Below are positions 17,152 through 25,349 of a stretch of 33,765 bases of DNA, in pieces. The stretch is from contig JBGPXN010000036.1 of NCBI GenBank assembly GCA_041492755.1, positions 1 to 33,765 of the forward strand, given 5' to 3'. Both the position numbers and the translations under genes were made by a program. Each line of letters opens with the position of its first letter. Position 1 is the stretch's first letter. A model generated the notes under the pieces. The model had not been told where the DNA came from. It searched no databases and saw nothing but the letters and a program-made list of their open reading frames with translations. This DNA is from Candidatus Methylomirabilia bacterium. Its GTDB lineage: Bacteria; Methylomirabilota; Methylomirabilia; Rokubacteriales; CSP1-6.

Positions 17152-17910
17152 CTACCCGCGGAGCGCGGCGAGGGCCGCGTCGTGCACACGGCCGTTGCTG
17201 GCCACCGCCGTCCCGCTGAAGATCGACGGCTGGCCCGTGAAATCGGTGAATCGGCCGCCCGCCTCCTCGACGAGCAGCCGGCACGGCGCGATGTCCCACG
17301 GCTTGATGTCGAGCTCGACGTAGAGCTCGGCCTTGCCCTCGGCGACCAGCGTGTAGCCGAGATAGTCCCCGAATCCCCGCTGGCGTTGGGTGCCGTCCAG
17401 CAAGCGGACGATACCGTCCCAGTACGGTGTGCGGCGCACCAGCCCCAGCCCGGCGTGGATGAGCTGGCTGTCGGCGAGCGCACTCACGGGGGAGACGTGG
17501 ATCGGTCGCCCGTTGAGGAAGGCGCCGCCCCCGCGCTGCGCGGTATGCATCTCGCGGGTGACCGGGTTGTACACGACGCCGGCGGTGACCTCGCCGTCCT
17601 CCTCCAGCGCGATCAGCGTCGCCCAGATCGGGATGCCGCGGATGAAGTTCTGGGTGCCGTCGATGGGATCGATGATCCAGCGTCGGTCCTGGCGGCCCTC
17701 GCCGCCGAACTCCTCGCCGAGAAATCCGTGATCCGGGAAGGCCCGGCCAAGAATGCGCCTGATGGATTGCTCGGCCTGCTGGTCCGCCTGTGTGACCGGA
17801 GTGTGGTCGGCCTTCAGCGTGACGTCGAACCCGCCGGTGTAATACTTGAGCGCGATCTCCCCGGCCGCCCGCGCGGCCTCGCTGGCGACCTCGACCGCGC
17901 GCTGGCTCAC
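17152..17910 (-). CDS. Inositol monophosphatase family, HisN-like histidinol-phosphatase
   Basis: KADHTPVTQAD, GEEFG, WIIDPIDGTQNFIRG, RGFGD, KPWDIA; GTG 17910 overlaps the CMD stop. Confidence 0.88.
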   Translation of the reverse strand: MSQRAVEVASEAARAAGEIALKYYTGGFDVTLKADHTPVTQADQQAEQSIRRILGRAFPDHGFLGEEFGGEGRQDRRWIIDPIDGTQNFIRGIPIWATLIALEEDGEVTAGVVYNPVTREMHTAQRGGGAFLNGRPIHVSPVSALADSQLIHAGLGLVRRTPYWDGIVRLLDGTQRQRGFGDYLGYTLVAEGKAELYVELDIKPWDIAPCRLLVEEAGGRFTDFTGQPSIFSGTAVASNGRVHDAALAALRG

Positions 17911-18320
17911 CGCCCGCCGCTGTCCTCGGCCGGGAACGGCTCGCCGCGTTCCTCCAGCACCTTGCCGTACACCTCGAGCGCGTCCACGACCACCGGCATC
18001 CCGCCGTAGGTCACCTGCTGGAAGATCACCTCGGCCACTTCCTGCCGGGTGGCGCCGACGTTCAGCGCGGCGTGGATGTGCGCGTGCAGCTCGTGCGGCC
18101 GGTGCAGCGAGGTGAGCGACGCCACCGCGCACAGCTCGCGCTGCTTCTGGCTGATCACGTCGCGCGCGTAGAGCTTGGCGGTGAAGAACATCGACAGCTC
18201 GCGGGCCAGCCCGCGGTCGAAGCGCTTCCAGTGTTCGTAGCCGCTGCCGCCCTTCAGGGTGTGAAACAGCATCCGCGCGGTCTCGCGCGTCCTGGCCTTG
18301 AGGTCGCTGTCGTCGCTCAT
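17907..18320 (-). CDS. Carboxymuconolactone decarboxylase (AhpD-like) family protein
   Basis: KQRELCAVASL, ELHAHIHAALNVGATRQEVAEVI..YGGMP; SD gggagg before ATG 18320. Confidence 0.88.
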   Translation of the reverse strand: MSDDSDLKARTRETARMLFHTLKGGSGYEHWKRFDRGLARELSMFFTAKLYARDVISQKQRELCAVASLTSLHRPHELHAHIHAALNVGATRQEVAEVIFQQVTYGGMPVVVDALEVYGKVLEERGEPFPAEDSGGR

Positions 18321-18392
18321 GTGATACCCTCCCACTCAAGCACACTCGCGCGCGAAGCCGGCACACGATATCCCATGAACGAGGGTCGCACA

Positions 18393-19763
18393 ATGCTGAA
18401 CCCCCACATCTTCCGCGCGTACGACGTCCGTGGACGCGTCGGCGCCGACATCAACCCCGACGTGTTCCGTGAGGTCGGCCGCGCCTACGCGACGCTCATT
18501 CGCCGGCAGAACGGCCGCACCGTCGCCGTGGGCCAGGACAACCGCACGTCGTCGACGGGCCTGAAGGCCGCGTTCGTGGACGGTGTGCGGGCGGCCGGCG
18601 TGGACGTCGTCGACATCGGACTCTCCACCACTCCGATCCTCTACTTCGCAACCGCGCACTGGGGCCTGGACGGCGGCGCCAACATCACGGGCAGCCACAA
18701 TCCGATCGAGTACAACGGCGTGAAGATGGTCCATCCCGGCGCGGCGCCGCTGACCGAGGACGAGATCCAGAAGCTGCGGCTCATGGTCGAGCAGCGTGAC
18801 CACGAGTCGGGGCAGGGACGCATCGAGTCGCGCAGTCCGCGCGAGGACTACTTCGCCACCGTCACGCGGATCGTGCATCTGCGCCGGCCGCTCAAGGTCG
18901 TGGCCGATGCGGGCAACGGCGTGGCCGGGCTGTTCGCGCCCGAGCTGCTGCGCCGGCTCGGCTGTGAGGTCATCGAGCTGCACTGCGAGTCGGACGGCAG
19001 CTTCCCCAACCACCTGCCCGATCCCGAGGACCCCGAAAACGTGGTGGACGTGCAAGAGAAGGTGGTCGAGGTGGGCGCCGACATCGGCGTGGCGTACGAC
19101 GGCGATGCCGACCGCGTGGGCGTGATCGACGAGCGCGGCCAGCGCCACGAAGCGGACCTGATCCTCGTCCTTCTCGCCCGCGATCTGCTCAAGCGGCACC
19201 CCGGCGCCAAGATCGTCTTCGACGTGAAGTCGTCGCAGTCGCTCATCGACGACATCAAGCAGCACGGCGGCGAGCCCATCATGTGGAAGACGGGCCACTC
19301 GCATCTCAAGCGGAAGATGCGTGACGACAAGATCCTGCTCGGCGGCGAGGTCAGCGGCCACATGTTCTTCGGCGAGGACTACTACGGCGTGGACGACGGC
19401 ATCCTGGCCTCCTGCAAGATCATCGAGATCGCGGCCCGCGCCGACCAGCCGCTCTCCCGGCTCTTCGCCTCGGTGCCCCACCTACACGCGACACCGGAGC
19501 TCAAGGCCCTGTGCCCGGACGCCGAGAAGTTCCGCGTGATCGACGAGCTCGCCCGCGACCTCAAGCAGCGCTACCCGACGATCGACATCGACGGCGCCCG
19601 CGTGCTCTTCCCGAGCGGCGGCTGGGGGCTCGTGCGCGCCTCCAACACGAATCCGTACCTGACGCTGCGTTTCGAGGGGCGCAGCGAAGCCGAGATCGAC
19701 GACATGAAGCGGGTCATCTACGACGCGCTTCGCCGCTACCCGTTCGTGACCCTGCCCGCGTAG
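18393..19763 (+). CDS. Phosphomannomutase/phosphoglucomutase
   Basis: IFRAYDVRG, TGSHNP (phosphoserine), DGDADR (metal loop), GEVSGH, VRASNT; alternative ATG at 18375. Confidence 0.95.
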   Translation: MLNPHIFRAYDVRGRVGADINPDVFREVGRAYATLIRRQNGRTVAVGQDNRTSSTGLKAAFVDGVRAAGVDVVDIGLSTTPILYFATAHWGLDGGANITGSHNPIEYNGVKMVHPGAAPLTEDEIQKLRLMVEQRDHESGQGRIESRSPREDYFATVTRIVHLRRPLKVVADAGNGVAGLFAPELLRRLGCEVIELHCESDGSFPNHLPDPEDPENVVDVQEKVVEVGADIGVAYDGDADRVGVIDERGQRHEADLILVLLARDLLKRHPGAKIVFDVKSSQSLIDDIKQHGGEPIMWKTGHSHLKRKMRDDKILLGGEVSGHMFFGEDYYGVDDGILASCKIIEIAARADQPLSRLFASVPHLHATPELKALCPDAEKFRVIDELARDLKQRYPTIDIDGARVLFPSGGWGLVRASNTNPYLTLRFEGRSEAEIDDMKRVIYDALRRYPFVTLPA

Positions 19764-19779
19764 CGCGCCCGGACTGAGC

Positions 19780-20682
19780 GTGGCTCGCTCCGCCGGCGCC
19801 CTGCACCTCACCCACCTGGGCGCGGCCGGCTGGGAGATCAGCGACGGCCGGGTCACCGTCCTGCTCGACCCATACCTGTCGCGGCTGCGCATCACCGGGC
19901 GCGCCTTCGGCACCGGCAGCACGCCCGCGCTGCCGGGAGACACGCGGCGAGTGTTCGGCCCGGACGACGCTCTGATCTCCGACACCGCGGCCGTCGACAA
20001 GTACGTCACGCGGGCCGACGTCATCCTCCACTCCCACTCCCACTTCAACCACACGCTCGACATGCCGTACCTCGCGGCCAAGACCGGCGCCACCGTCGTG
20101 GGCACCGAGAGCACGATCAACCTCGCCCGCGCGGGCGGCGTGCCCGAGGCCCAGCTCGTCACCGTGCGCGGCGGCGAGGACTACGAGTTCGGCGGCTTCG
20201 CGGTGAAGGTGATCCCGAGCCTGCACTCGGCGATGAACGAGAAGCGGTACTTCGACGGGCGCGCCGTGCCGCGCGATTTTCGCGGACCGCGCCGCATGAG
20301 CAACGACGTCGAGGGCGGCACCCTGGCCTATCTGCTACGAATCGCCGGCCACCAGATCCTCTGGTTCGGCTCGATGAACTACATCGAGCGGGAGCTGCTG
20401 GGGTTGCGACCCGGCGTGGTGATGATCGCGGCGGCCCACCAGCGCCGCCAGATCCACGACTACACGGGCCGGCTCATGCGCGTGCTGGGCCGGCCGCGGA
20501 TCGTCTTCGCGACCCACTGGGACGAGCAGTCGTTCCCGTTCGGCGCGCCCCAGGACGAGCGGCTGAAGGAAGCCGAGACCTTCGTGAAGGAAGTGAAGGC
20601 CGTCTCGCCCCGTACGCGGGTCACCGTTCCCCGCCACCTCGAGCGCCACGTGCTGCCGCCCGCGCGCAAACGTCGTCGATGA
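19780..20682 (+). CDS. MBL-fold metallo-hydrolase (UlaG-like)
   Basis: HLGAAGW, LLDPYLSR, HSHSHFNH, PSLHS, THWD. Confidence 0.85.
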   Translation: MARSAGALHLTHLGAAGWEISDGRVTVLLDPYLSRLRITGRAFGTGSTPALPGDTRRVFGPDDALISDTAAVDKYVTRADVILHSHSHFNHTLDMPYLAAKTGATVVGTESTINLARAGGVPEAQLVTVRGGEDYEFGGFAVKVIPSLHSAMNEKRYFDGRAVPRDFRGPRRMSNDVEGGTLAYLLRIAGHQILWFGSMNYIERELLGLRPGVVMIAAAHQRRQIHDYTGRLMRVLGRPRIVFATHWDEQSFPFGAPQDERLKEAETFVKEVKAVSPRTRVTVPRHLERHVLPPARKRRR

Positions 20683-20734
20683 GCACCATCATCCGCGCGC
20701 CGATCGACGGCCGCTCCGGCCGCCGCCGGGCCGG

Positions 20735-21139
20735 CTACGGCAGCCGCGACCGGAGCCCGTCGAGTAGATCGCGATCGGCCGGATACGTCAGGAGCGCCAT
20801 GGCCGTCGGCAACGACACCCAGCGCACCGCATCGATCTCCCACTGCGGACGCGCTTCGCCGCCGAGTGGACGCATGCGCCAGTAGCGCACCATCTTCTTC
20901 TTTCGGTTGCCGTTCCGGTACGTGATGGTGCCCAGCTCCTCCTCGAGCGTGCACCGCAAGGCCGTCTCCTCCTCCACCTCGCGGAGAGCGCAGGCGACCT
21001 CGCTCTCGCCCCGATCCACCTTGCCCTTGGGAAATGTCCAGTCGCTCCCACCCGAGCGGTGGACGAGCAGCACCTCGACCTCGCCGCGGTCGTTCAGGCG
21101 CCACACGACGCCGCCGGCGGCGCGGATGACGTCGCTCAT
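20735..21139 (-). CDS. NUDIX hydrolase (MutT1/Ap4A-hydrolase-like)
   Basis: RAAGGVVWR, WTFPKGKVDRGESEVACALREVEEET Nudix box; ATGA overlap with the CHAD gene. Confidence 0.92.
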   Translation of the reverse strand: MSDVIRAAGGVVWRLNDRGEVEVLLVHRSGGSDWTFPKGKVDRGESEVACALREVEEETALRCTLEEELGTITYRNGNRKKKMVRYWRMRPLGGEARPQWEIDAVRWVSLPTAMALLTYPADRDLLDGLRSRLP

Positions 21140-22575
21140 AGCCACGCCTCCCGGCCACGGGCATCCAGCTCAGCCCACGCGGCCGGCAGCCCGGCGCGGG
21201 CGGTCTGGCGCCGGGCCCGCTGGCGCTCGATGAGCTTGTCCGCGGCGGCGAGCACGCGGCGGTCGCGAGCGTGGAGCCCGAACTGTCGGATGCGGTCTTC
21301 GGCCACTGCGGCGTCCTGATGTTCGCCGAGGATGTCCTGTACCTCCTTTGCGGCCCGGATGAAGGCGGTGGCGGCCGGGCCGACCCCCGCTTCGGCCAGC
21401 TCTGCTGCATAGCGCGCGCGCTTGCCCTGGATCCGGGTGGCGTGCAATTCCTCGCCGGTCGGCGCCGGACCGTGTCCGAGCACCGAGCGCTGCAGCCGCA
21501 TGTATTCCTCCGCGGCGATGGCCCGCAGCGACACGTCGGCCATGACGACGCGCGGGCGCTCCACCGCTTCCTCGAGCCGCTCCAGCAATCGCCCGTAACG
21601 CGGACTGCGGAGCGCGTCGAGCATCCGCACCTGCGCGCGCGCGCGCTCGGCGGTGAGCGCTTCGAGGAGCGGCTTCAGCGCGAGCTGTTCCGCACGGGCC
21701 AGCGCCGCCGCCTCCGACTTCAGATAGTCGCGCAGGACGTCGAGGTCACGCACGGGACCGAGCGCGTCGCCGAGCCACTCCAGGCGATTGCGGAGCTTGC
21801 GGACCCACTTGCGCCTGAGCATCGGCTTCGCCGCCCGCAGGAGCGCGCGCAGCCGGCGCACCGCCACCCGCATCCGATGCAGATCCTCGGGATCGACGCC
21901 GCGCCGTGTTCCGGGGTCGTGAACGAGGACCTCCTGGAGCCGTTTGCCGAGCATCGCCGTGAGGTGCTCGATGGCGGGTGCGTCGGCCGCCACCGGCGGC
22001 GGCGGCTTCGGCAGCTCCAGGCCCAGGACCTGGAAAACCTTCGGGCGTCCGTCGCTGTCCGTGGCCCCCGCCCCGCGTAGCGTGTCCGCGATCCGGCCCA
22101 GGATCGCTTCGTCGCCCACCTCCAGCAGCTCGACCTCGAGCTCACGGAAACGGCCCACCACCCGACGCCCATCGAGCGCGGTCACGGTGTCGATGACGAC
22201 TTCGGCGACGGGCGCACCACCGGCCCGCACGCGCAGCCCGGTCCGCAGCGTGCGGAGTCGGGCCACCGGCACCAGGTCACGGCCGCGGGTGTACGCGGTG
22301 AGCAGATCCCGCATCGCGTCCGGCGGGTGACCGGGCGGCCCCGGCATCTCCAGCTCGAGACGTGCGGCGTTCTCGGGGAGCTTGAGCTGCCAGGCGCTCT
22401 TCCGGCGCTCCACGCGCCGGCGCAGCGTCACTCCCATGTGAGCAAGGCGATGGTCGAGGCTGTCGAAGTAGGTGGAGGTGAAGACCCTGGGACGTAACGG
22501 GGTGCCGGGCAGCTCCGGCAGCCGGAACTGCGGCTCGATGTGGAACTTGAGCTCGCGCTCGTGTGTCTGCTTCAA
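21136..22575 (-). CDS. CYTH and CHAD domain protein (polyphosphate-related)
   Basis: ERELKF, YFDS..L...LRRR, WQLKLP, ELEVEL (CYTH); HRMRVAVRRLR, LGPVRDLDV, HATRI..KRARY, QDILGEHQD (CHAD); TTG start with SD. Confidence 0.92.
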   Translation of the reverse strand: MKQTHERELKFHIEPQFRLPELPGTPLRPRVFTSTYFDSLDHRLAHMGVTLRRRVERRKSAWQLKLPENAARLELEMPGPPGHPPDAMRDLLTAYTRGRDLVPVARLRTLRTGLRVRAGGAPVAEVVIDTVTALDGRRVVGRFRELEVELLEVGDEAILGRIADTLRGAGATDSDGRPKVFQVLGLELPKPPPPVAADAPAIEHLTAMLGKRLQEVLVHDPGTRRGVDPEDLHRMRVAVRRLRALLRAAKPMLRRKWVRKLRNRLEWLGDALGPVRDLDVLRDYLKSEAAALARAEQLALKPLLEALTAERARAQVRMLDALRSPRYGRLLERLEEAVERPRVVMADVSLRAIAAEEYMRLQRSVLGHGPAPTGEELHATRIQGKRARYAAELAEAGVGPAATAFIRAAKEVQDILGEHQDAAVAEDRIRQFGLHARDRRVLAAADKLIERQRARRQTARAGLPAAWAELDARGREAWL

Positions 22576-22634
22576 GAACCTCCCCCGCCTCCGGTCTTTT
22601 GCCGACAGCCTATCCGAATTATCGCATCTCGCGG

Positions 22635-22650
22635 TGGCACAGCTTTCGCT
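22635..22650 (+). promoter_or_regulatory. Sigma54 (-24/-12)-like promoter upstream of the FG-GAP gene
   Basis: TGGCACagcttTCGCt, exact GG-N10-GC spacing, about 48 nt upstream of ATG 22698. Confidence 0.55.
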
Positions 22651-22697
22651 TTGGATACCTACGCCACCTTACCCCAACACGAGGAGCGAACAGGGAC

Positions 22698-24332
22698 ATG
22701 ACGACACATGACCACACGCCGACGTCACGCAGGGGCGGGGCGCCGCGGGGAACCCCCGGCGCCCACAGGGTGTTGCTAACTACCACCCTCACCACTGCGA
22801 TTCTCCTCGGTCTGGCCGTCATCGGTCACGCCGCGACCCTTCAAGTGACGAAGGAGGGCACCGGTTCAGGGACGGTCACCGCCAGCACCAGCGCCCTGAA
22901 CTGCGGGACAAGCTGTACCGCGACTGTCAGCGACGGAACACTCCTGACACTCACCGCCCGGGCGTCCGCGGGCTCGGTCTTCGCGCGATGGGGCGGCGCA
23001 TGCGCCTCGGCCGGGACGGCGACGACCTGTAACGTCAACGCGGCCGCCACCGTGGCCCTGACGGCCGCGTTCCGGCAGGCGGACATCGACTTCAACGGCG
23101 ACGGCCTGGCCGACGTGGCGATCCATCGGCACCGGCAGGGCGACTGGTTCGTCGGCCTGTCGACCGGATCGAGCTTCGACATCAGTCGCTTCGCCGTGTC
23201 GCTCGGCAACCGCGGCCACGACCGCGAACGGATCCTCCTCGGCGACTTCACCGGCGACGGCCGCACCGACGTGGCCATCCACGACTCGGCCACCGGGGAC
23301 TGGTTCGTCGGTCGCTCCACCGGAACCGGGTTCGTCGTCGAGCGCTGGGCCACCGGCTTCGGCAACCGCGGCCACGACGTGGAGCACGTACTGGTCGGTG
23401 ACTTCGACGGCGACGGACGGGCGGATCTGGCCCTCCACGATCGTCGAACCGGCGACTGGTTCGTCGGCCGTTCCACCGGCACCTCGTTCGCGTTCTCGCC
23501 CTGGCTGACCAGCTTTGGTAACCGCGGCCGCGGGCGCGAGTCGGTCTTCGTCGGGGACTTCACCGGCGATGGCCGTAGCGACCTCGTCATCCACGATCGC
23601 CCCACGGGCTCCTGGTTCGTCGCGCGCTCCACGGGAACGGCGTTCACCGTCGAGACGTGGGCGACTTCCTTCGGCAACCGCGGCCACGGGCGCGAGCTGG
23701 TCTACGTCGGAGACTTCACCGGCGACGGCCGCACCGACATCGCGATCCACGACCGTGTCAGCGGCGACTGGTTCGTCGGCCGCTCGACGGGCAGCTCGTT
23801 CGCGATCGAGCTGTGGGCGAGCAGCTTCGGCAGTCGCGGCAACGGCCGCGAGCGGGTGTACGTCGGCGACTTCAGCGGCGACGGGCGCATGGACGTCGCG
23901 GTGCACGATCGGATCACCGGCGACTGGTGGGTGGGCACCTCCACCGGCAGCACGTTCTCCGTCACCCTCTGGGTGACCGGCTTCGGTAACCGTGGCGAAG
24001 GCCGCGAGCGGGCACACATCGGCGACTTCACGGGCGACGGGCGCACGGACGTCGCCATCCACGACTTCACCAGCGGCGACTGGTTCGTCGGCGTGTCGAC
24101 GGGCACCAGCTTCGTCGTGCAGCGGTTCGCGTCGAACTTCGGCAACGGTGGCGAGGACGACGAGGAAGTCGCGACGGGCCGTCACGAAGAGCAGGAAATG
24201 GAAGACGAGGACGAAGCGGAGGTCGAGGACGAGCCCAGCGACCGCCGGCCTGACGATCGCCGCCAGGACGACAACCGGGACGACGACAACCGCCGCGGTC
24301 GCGGCGACGGCGGCAACTCCGGCCGCCGCTAA
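22698..24332 (+). CDS. Secreted FG-GAP/VCBS repeat beta-propeller protein with N-terminal InlB-B-repeat-like domain and acidic tail
   Basis: Signal-like TAILLGLAVIGHA; V.K.GTGSGTV...CG..C...LTA...GS.F..WGGAC domain; seven GDFxGDGRxD repeats. Confidence 0.88.
   Translation: MTTHDHTPTSRRGGAPRGTPGAHRVLLTTTLTTAILLGLAVIGHAATLQVTKEGTGSGTVTASTSALNCGTSCTATVSDGTLLTLTARASAGSVFARWGGACASAGTATTCNVNAAATVALTAAFRQADIDFNGDGLADVAIHRHRQGDWFVGLSTGSSFDISRFAVSLGNRGHDRERILLGDFTGDGRTDVAIHDSATGDWFVGRSTGTGFVVERWATGFGNRGHDVEHVLVGDFDGDGRADLALHDRRTGDWFVGRSTGTSFAFSPWLTSFGNRGRGRESVFVGDFTGDGRSDLVIHDRPTGSWFVARSTGTAFTVETWATSFGNRGHGRELVYVGDFTGDGRTDIAIHDRVSGDWFVGRSTGSSFAIELWASSFGSRGNGRERVYVGDFSGDGRMDVAVHDRITGDWWVGTSTGSTFSVTLWVTGFGNRGEGRERAHIGDFTGDGRTDVAIHDFTSGDWFVGVSTGTSFVVQRFASNFGNGGEDDEEVATGRHEEQEMEDEDEAEVEDEPSDRRPDDRRQDDNRDDDNRRGRGDGGNSGRR
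23088..24180 (+). repeat. Seven tandem 156-nt (52-aa) coding repeats
   Basis: DFxGDGRxDxAIHD...GDWFVGxSTG..F....(W/F)...FGNRG unit; first two start at 23088 and 23244. Confidence 0.92.
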
Positions 24333-25072
24333 CCGCGACGGGCATTTGCCCGGGGGCAAACGCCTCCGGAGGGCACATGCCCACCGCCAAGGATGAGCCG
24401 GACCGCGTCCAGGACGTCGGGCGCGGTCCGGCAGTCCCGCTCACCCCAGCAGGCCCCAGGGTCCAGCAGCACCGCATCCATCCCGATCGCCCGAGCGCCC
24501 AGCACGTCGATGGAATAGAGGTCACCCACGTACACCGCCTCGGCCGGCGCGACGTCCGCGCGCTCCAGGGCCAGACGAAAGATCCGCGGGTCCGGCTTCT
24601 CGAATCCTACCCGCGACGAATCGAGCACGAAACCGAGCGCGCTCGTGAGCCCGAGGCCCGCGAGGATCGACTCGACGGTGCCGTTGGAGTTCGAGACGAC
24701 ACCCGCGCGCAGCCCGGCCGCCCGGACCTGCGCCAGCGCCTCCGCCGCCCGTGGCTCGGCGAGCGTGAAGAGCCCGATCGGCGCGTTGAAGGTCTGCCGC
24801 CAGCCCGCCATCGCCGCCAGGATCGCCCCGTCCGTCACCCCGAGCCCGTCGAGCACGTAGCGTAGATAGCTGCTCGCGGTGCCGGCGCTCTCGGTGGACG
24901 AGTGCCGTCGCGCGAAGTGTTCCGCGTCGAGCCGCACCCTCGCCCGCCATTCCGCGCGCTGCACGTCCCCGGGTTCGACGCGAACGCCGTGACGCGCGAG
25001 CTCGGCGGTGATCGCGGGGTAGTTCATTCGCAGGAGCGTGTTACCGGCGTCGAAGATCACGGCGCGCGTCAT
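24329..25072 (-). CDS. HAD-superfamily hydrolase (subfamily IA)
   Basis: AVIFDAGNTL, VVSNS, EKPDPRIF, YVGDLYSIDVLGA; ATG 25072. Confidence 0.92.
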   Translation of the reverse strand: MTRAVIFDAGNTLLRMNYPAITAELARHGVRVEPGDVQRAEWRARVRLDAEHFARRHSSTESAGTASSYLRYVLDGLGVTDGAILAAMAGWRQTFNAPIGLFTLAEPRAAEALAQVRAAGLRAGVVSNSNGTVESILAGLGLTSALGFVLDSSRVGFEKPDPRIFRLALERADVAPAEAVYVGDLYSIDVLGARAIGMDAVLLDPGACWGERDCRTAPDVLDAVRLILGGGHVPSGGVCPRANARRG

Positions 25073-25082
25073 GCGAGAGCCG

Positions 25083-25288
25083 ACCGGGGGGCAGGGCCGG
25101 AGATGGGGGGACGGGGTCCTCTGACCACAGCCGACGGCGTACTGATTACCGGCGCGCCGTTCCCATTCCATACGGCGACGTCGTCGTCTCGCGTGGCGGG
25201 ACATGGGTCACCCGGACCCCATCCCCCCAGCTCCGGCCGTGCCCCCCGGTCGATCGCGGTGTGCGCGTTCACGAATAATCCAGGCTAG
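25083..25288 (-). repeat. ~206-bp long-hairpin dispersed element, copy A (MITE-like or structured RNA)
   Basis: Reverse complement of 29855-30059 with 12 substitutions and 1 indel by manual alignment; internal 39-bp inverted repeat 25081-25119 / 25214-25252 (3 mismatches). Confidence 0.92.
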
Positions 25289-25349
25289 CAAGGCGCCGGA
25301 GGGGGCGTCAACGCCGCACGCGGTGTGCGGGCCTGATACAGTCGCCAGG

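Noticed and set aside
20735..22575. CYTH-CHAD plus NUDIX pair as a novel system
   Set aside because: This is a well-known polyphosphate-associated gene neighbourhood
23088..24180. Regular 156-nt periodicity as a possible CRISPR-like array
   Set aside because: The repeats are in-frame protein repeats with synonymous variation; there is no repeat-spacer structure and no cas gene
25069..25272. 67-aa ORF in repeat copy A and 77-aa ORF 29840-30073 in copy B as real proteins
   Set aside because: A 1-nt indel in a G run puts the shared start in different frames, most substitutions are non-synonymous in that frame, and no RBS is evident; kept only as a note on possible coupling
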